A stretch of 64,000 bases of DNA, from contig CAJINV010000001.1 in assembly GCA_905178155.1 (NCBI GenBank), forward strand, positions 4,630,747 to 4,694,746, read 5' to 3'. The DNA is from Amoebophrya sp. A120 (lineage: Eukaryota > Protista > Dinoflagellata). A program made the translations under genes and the position numbers. This document shows, one piece after another, positions 60,146-64,000 of the stretch; position 1 is the first letter of the stretch; each line of letters opens with the position of its first letter. Under the pieces are notes generated by a model, which saw only the letters and a program-made list of their open reading frames with translations, was not told the DNA's origin and made no database searches.

Positions 60146-61497
60146 TCGTGAACGCAAATAACAGAGGACTCATCTGGACGAAATCGTGTTTTAGAAAGTT
60201 TTTAAAACTATAGGACGAGCAGGACTACACGACCGGGAAGAACAGCGACACCACTGAAGTCATATTGATACAAAACCCTGTAGATACAAGTATACACATC
60301 ATCAAAATACATCTTGGCAGCGATTTTGCAAACGAAACAGAGTAGGAGCAGCAAAGAGTAAATTTCTCATGTGAATGTTACTTGCTGGCACCGTTCGTTT
60401 GCGTTTCCCTTTCTTTTGCTCAAGACTCTGATGTAGTACCGCCCCCCAGATATTCTTGAAGAAACTACCCTTTCCCTTTCAATCGTTGCAGCTCAGCCTG
60501 TCTTGCGAAGGCACTGGATCAGGCGAGCACTGTACAATTCAAGTCTGGTCCTCTGCTCTTTCACATGTCGAGTTGGGTATTTATTTTGCCACGACGACCA
60601 TGATCCTCGTCAAGCTCTTGCTTAAGCGGCTTAGACAGGGACGATGGTACTATCTGCGCTGCACGAACAAACTGGAATAATTTCGTTGTCGCGAAGCAAA
60701 ATAAAAAAGCTCATGCTCGTCCGTCACCGCACCCCCGCTGTGAAGAATCACCCACAGTAGACGGGTGACATCCAGAGAATGTGCATGTATTGATTCCTTG
60801 CTCGTGACGAGACCGGATGAAGCCGGTCAGCCGGACGGGGGCTCCGGCGGGACGGGCCATCACAACTCTAAATTACCTTGTCTTTGTAGTTCTACTCGAC
60901 GTAACGCTGTTGAAAGTCTGACAGGCAGAAGAGCATAGAAAACAAACTACAGCGATATAATTCTTGAATGATTCAATTTTCACACTCCGATAAGCTAGCT
61001 TCGAAAGCGGAGTGATATTAAAGAGCTAGCTGTGCCTCTTGTCGTGTAAAAGGCACCTACTTTACTGTATCGAGATACCACGACAGCACTAATTCGACTT
61101 CTTTGTATAAAACTGCATTTAAGATAAGGGATGTTAAATGCGAAAGCGAACAATCTAGAAGGAGACAAACGATCTGCATAATCGAACCTTCACTTTTTAG
61201 CACAATCGAATTGAACGACAAAATGCCAAGGTGCCGACTGTTGCAAAACAGCAATTCGAGCAACAAAATTTCGCAAAAGCGACACACAGTTTTGTTCCGG
61301 GGGACAGAGAGTTGCCTCATCAAAGCCGGATACTCGTTTGTTTGATGTTGCGCCGTGTTTTTTTCTCACTGGCCGTTTATTTTGGTTCTCAATGACTTTT
61401 TCCTTTTTGGAGGAAAAAAAGCGAATTATACGTTCTTGCTGTGACCTAACTTACCCGGCGTAAATTCTTCTGCTTGGATGATCAAGTACGTCGATCC

Positions 61498-62709
61498 ATG
61501 ACGAGTATCAGAAAACTAGTTGGTCGCTTGGACAGAAAGACATCGAAAGGTATTATGTTGGTGGGCATGTCCGTGGCCAAGAAATTCGCGAGCAGCGAAC
61601 CGATACAGGCGATCCGTCGTCAAGCGCGAAAGGTTTGTATGCTACAGCTGCAGACGCGTCTCTTTTTATCTTCCTCTGCGTCTACTGCTGAAAGCAGAAC
61701 TGGCGCTGGCAGTGGCACTTTACACGAAAAAATATTGTGTATTGGTCGAGCAGTAGTGACCGCCCACAAGAGCAGTAATCATGCAGGTCAGGGTCACCAG
61801 CAGGTGCAGGTTCCCGGATTTTTGTGCACGGCGACGTCGAGCTTCGGCAGTCCTTCTACTTGCTCAACAATTCGCAACAGGTTCAGCGCGACGTCCACGG
61901 TCTTTCGACCACAAAGTCGCAACTTCTCCTACTTTCCGCGAAAGGACTGGGGGTACGGACGGAGAAAGCAGGTGTATGCGCGGAAGCGGCAGTCGAAGAA
62001 TGCGCGCAACCTGCAACCGCGGTACATGGACAAGGCGAAGCAACGCGAGCAGGTGGTTAACAGCGAGAAGGGGAGCTACATTTACCGGTTCCGCCAGCGG
62101 CAGATTCGGGTGAGTCTGAAGCGGCTGCAGGACTACGGGCGGCTGGTGACCAACCGGAACCTGCAGGATGGCATTGATTTCCTGGAATCCATGGGCCGCC
62201 CGCACGCCGAGCCGATCATTGAGTGTCTGCGGAACGCGCGCGAGAACCTGACGGTTTTCCACGGCAAGGACCCCGCGCGGCTGGTGGTGCAAACCTTCCA
62301 GTGCTTGCGCGGGCGGTACGTGAAAAGCATAAAGTACAAGGCCATGAACAAGGTGGGGATCTGCCGCCACCCCCGGAACCACATTCTCGTCGGCGTGCGC
62401 GAAATGTCCCTGGAAGAATTTTTTCAGAAGGTCTACGTGGTCGGCAAAGTGCCCACGACACTCACCTGGGACATGCGACTAGCTCTGTTTGAGGGGCGGT
62501 GCGGGCCCGAAATGCATCGCCACTGGTCGCCGTATTTGACGAGTACCAGTCGCTGGCTGCACCGCAAGCGGCTGAAGTACCTAGACGCCACCAAGCAGCT
62601 TGACTTCTACAAGCTCCGGGACGAATGGATTGCACGCTACCAAGGCAATTGGTTGCGCAAAACTCGCGAGGCCCGGTCTGCAAGAGGGTTGAGTGAAATA
62701 AAGATATAA
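61498..62709 (+). CDS. MRPL22: Mitochondrial-type ribosomal protein uL22 with long extensions
   Basis: IRVSLKRLQDYGRLVTNRNLQDGIDFL..LRNARENL..DPARLVV..RGRYVKSIKYKAMNKVGICRHPRNHILVGVRE; Ser/Arg-rich presequence-like N-terminus; start codon uncertain. Confidence 0.8.
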   Translation: MTSIRKLVGRLDRKTSKGIMLVGMSVAKKFASSEPIQAIRRQARKVCMLQLQTRLFLSSSASTAESRTGAGSGTLHEKILCIGRAVVTAHKSSNHAGQGHQQVQVPGFLCTATSSFGSPSTCSTIRNRFSATSTVFRPQSRNFSYFPRKDWGYGRRKQVYARKRQSKNARNLQPRYMDKAKQREQVVNSEKGSYIYRFRQRQIRVSLKRLQDYGRLVTNRNLQDGIDFLESMGRPHAEPIIECLRNARENLTVFHGKDPARLVVQTFQCLRGRYVKSIKYKAMNKVGICRHPRNHILVGVREMSLEEFFQKVYVVGKVPTTLTWDMRLALFEGRCGPEMHRHWSPYLTSTSRWLHRKRLKYLDATKQLDFYKLRDEWIARYQGNWLRKTREARSARGLSEIKI

Positions 62710-63262
62710 AGAGTGCACACTTGTTATCGTTGGTTGCAGCTTCTGATGGCTATTGTTTTTACCATCGAGAATTCACTAGCGAGCACTGCGGGCGCCTGGT
62801 GCCTTTTCTGGTATTGATTGATTTATTTTCGATCTTCACTGCGGCGCGCGATCTTCTGGCGCGTGTTGTTTTCGTGCGGCTTTTTTCAATATGCCCCCAA
62901 TATCGTCTTTTCTGCCGAGTCTGTTTGTTTCACGTGCGTGACAGATCAGCTTCAGATCCTGCTTCGGTACGATCCGATTTTTCTTGTTTTCTATTTCCAA
63001 TTTTTTTGCAAACACGTTGACGATGCCTATGTGTTTGGAATTTGGATCTTTGTGCAGCTTGATCACGACAACAAATATCATGATCTTTTACCGCCCATCG
63101 TTGCTTTCCGACAGCCTGGTGTGCCGTTGAAATTTCCTCTTGATATCTTTTGGCGAATGTTCAACTGGCCATTTCAAAAAAATTGATCACTCTGCCCTTA
63201 CAACTAAGTAAAAAGTGTACATGTGAAGTACGTTTCCCACCAGCGCCACACTTGGAAAGAAG

Positions 63263-64000
63263 ATGTTGCCGATCCCGTTGCTGGAGTCGGCGTCGACTTC
63301 CTCTACCACGGGCGGGTCCCACGACATACGAAGGTGTCGATATTCCTTGACAAGGAAATCGGATCGCAGACCTGCCGTTTTAAAGCGGCACGTGAGGAAC
63401 TTGTTGGCAGTCGCGTCAATATGTGGTCGTGTCAGCGCAGTGGTCGACAAGCATGTTTTTTTCAAGGAGCTGCCGCCAGTGTACAGCGAGCCGCGCACCC
63501 TGGTGCTCGCCGAGGATCCAGATGCAGCGAGGGGCCAGTACTCCTTGCTCCTCACAGAGCTGCTGGACCGCAATCACAAGATCGCGTATGCTCCGCTCAA
63601 CATGAAGAACACGCCGCTTTTCGCATACGGGGAGCGCATTTACGAGCACGTTCTGCTGATACCAGGAACCGCGTCGTTCCCCAGCAGCGCGGTGAAGCCG
63701 GTAAAGTGATTGTAGTACATCGCTTTCTTGATTGAACGGGTTCTTCTAGTCGTTCTTTTCCAAAACGAAATCCGCCAGTGTACTATGTGTCACGATGAAG
63801 GGGACTAGCATTGATGGTGAACAATCGAAAGCAAAAAAATATTTCATTATACTAATCCAGCCCGGCTACCGGTCCACGCAAAAGGAACTGGAGATCCAGG
63901 GGCAGCAGAGAGGCAAGGCGAACCCGACGGCAAATTTGTCGGTCACAGAGATGCTGAAATTTATAGACGCTGGCGGCAACGTGTTGTTTTTCGGCAGCAA
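63263..64000 (+). CDS. DDOST: Oligosaccharyltransferase 48-kDa subunit (OST48/WBP1), 5' part, runs off the window
   Basis: RTLVLAED..QYSLLLTELLDRNHKIAY..LFAYGERIYEHVLLIP and, after an intron from 63701, EMLKFIDAGGNVLFFGS; start uncertain. Confidence 0.75.

Noticed and set aside
1-64000. Autonomous transposase, rRNA, tRNA or dinoflagellate spliced-leader relics
   Set aside because: None recognised by eye; absence is not proven without a search.

Overview
Eukaryotic nuclear DNA with GC-rich exons and AT-richer introns and spacers. It carries about 12 spliced protein-coding genes, all on the + strand: a giant RING plus DUF3638/DUF3645-like protein, NOL10/Enp2, a cyclic-nucleotide-gated-type cation channel, a coiled-coil hypothetical, an alpha-carbonic anhydrase-like protein, a membrane ATP-grasp protein, a beta-alpha fused NAD(P) transhydrogenase, an Lgt-like protein, HisRS, a CARNMT1/N2227-like methyltransferase, mitochondrial uL22 and a partial OST48/WBP1. 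The dominant structure is a set of 24 elements (119-475 bp) inserted in coding exons. Each is bounded by terminal inverted repeats, usually TAT-N7-AAAA...TTTT-N7-ATA, and 20 are flanked by a matching or near-matching 5-bp direct repeat. In all 24 cases, removing the element plus 5 nt rejoins the reading frame, and none of the 20 gives a GT-AG intron in that register. Three repeat families occur in both orientations, and unrelated families share an internal GCAT(C/G)ACA motif. Ordinary GT-AG introns occur in the same genes. This architecture matches the non-canonical 'introner' introns reported in the parasitic dinoflagellate Amoebophrya; the organism assignment is my inference. An intergenic 649-bp foldback MITE with a TAA target duplication is also present. 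All protein calls rest on motif recognition by eye; no searches were run.
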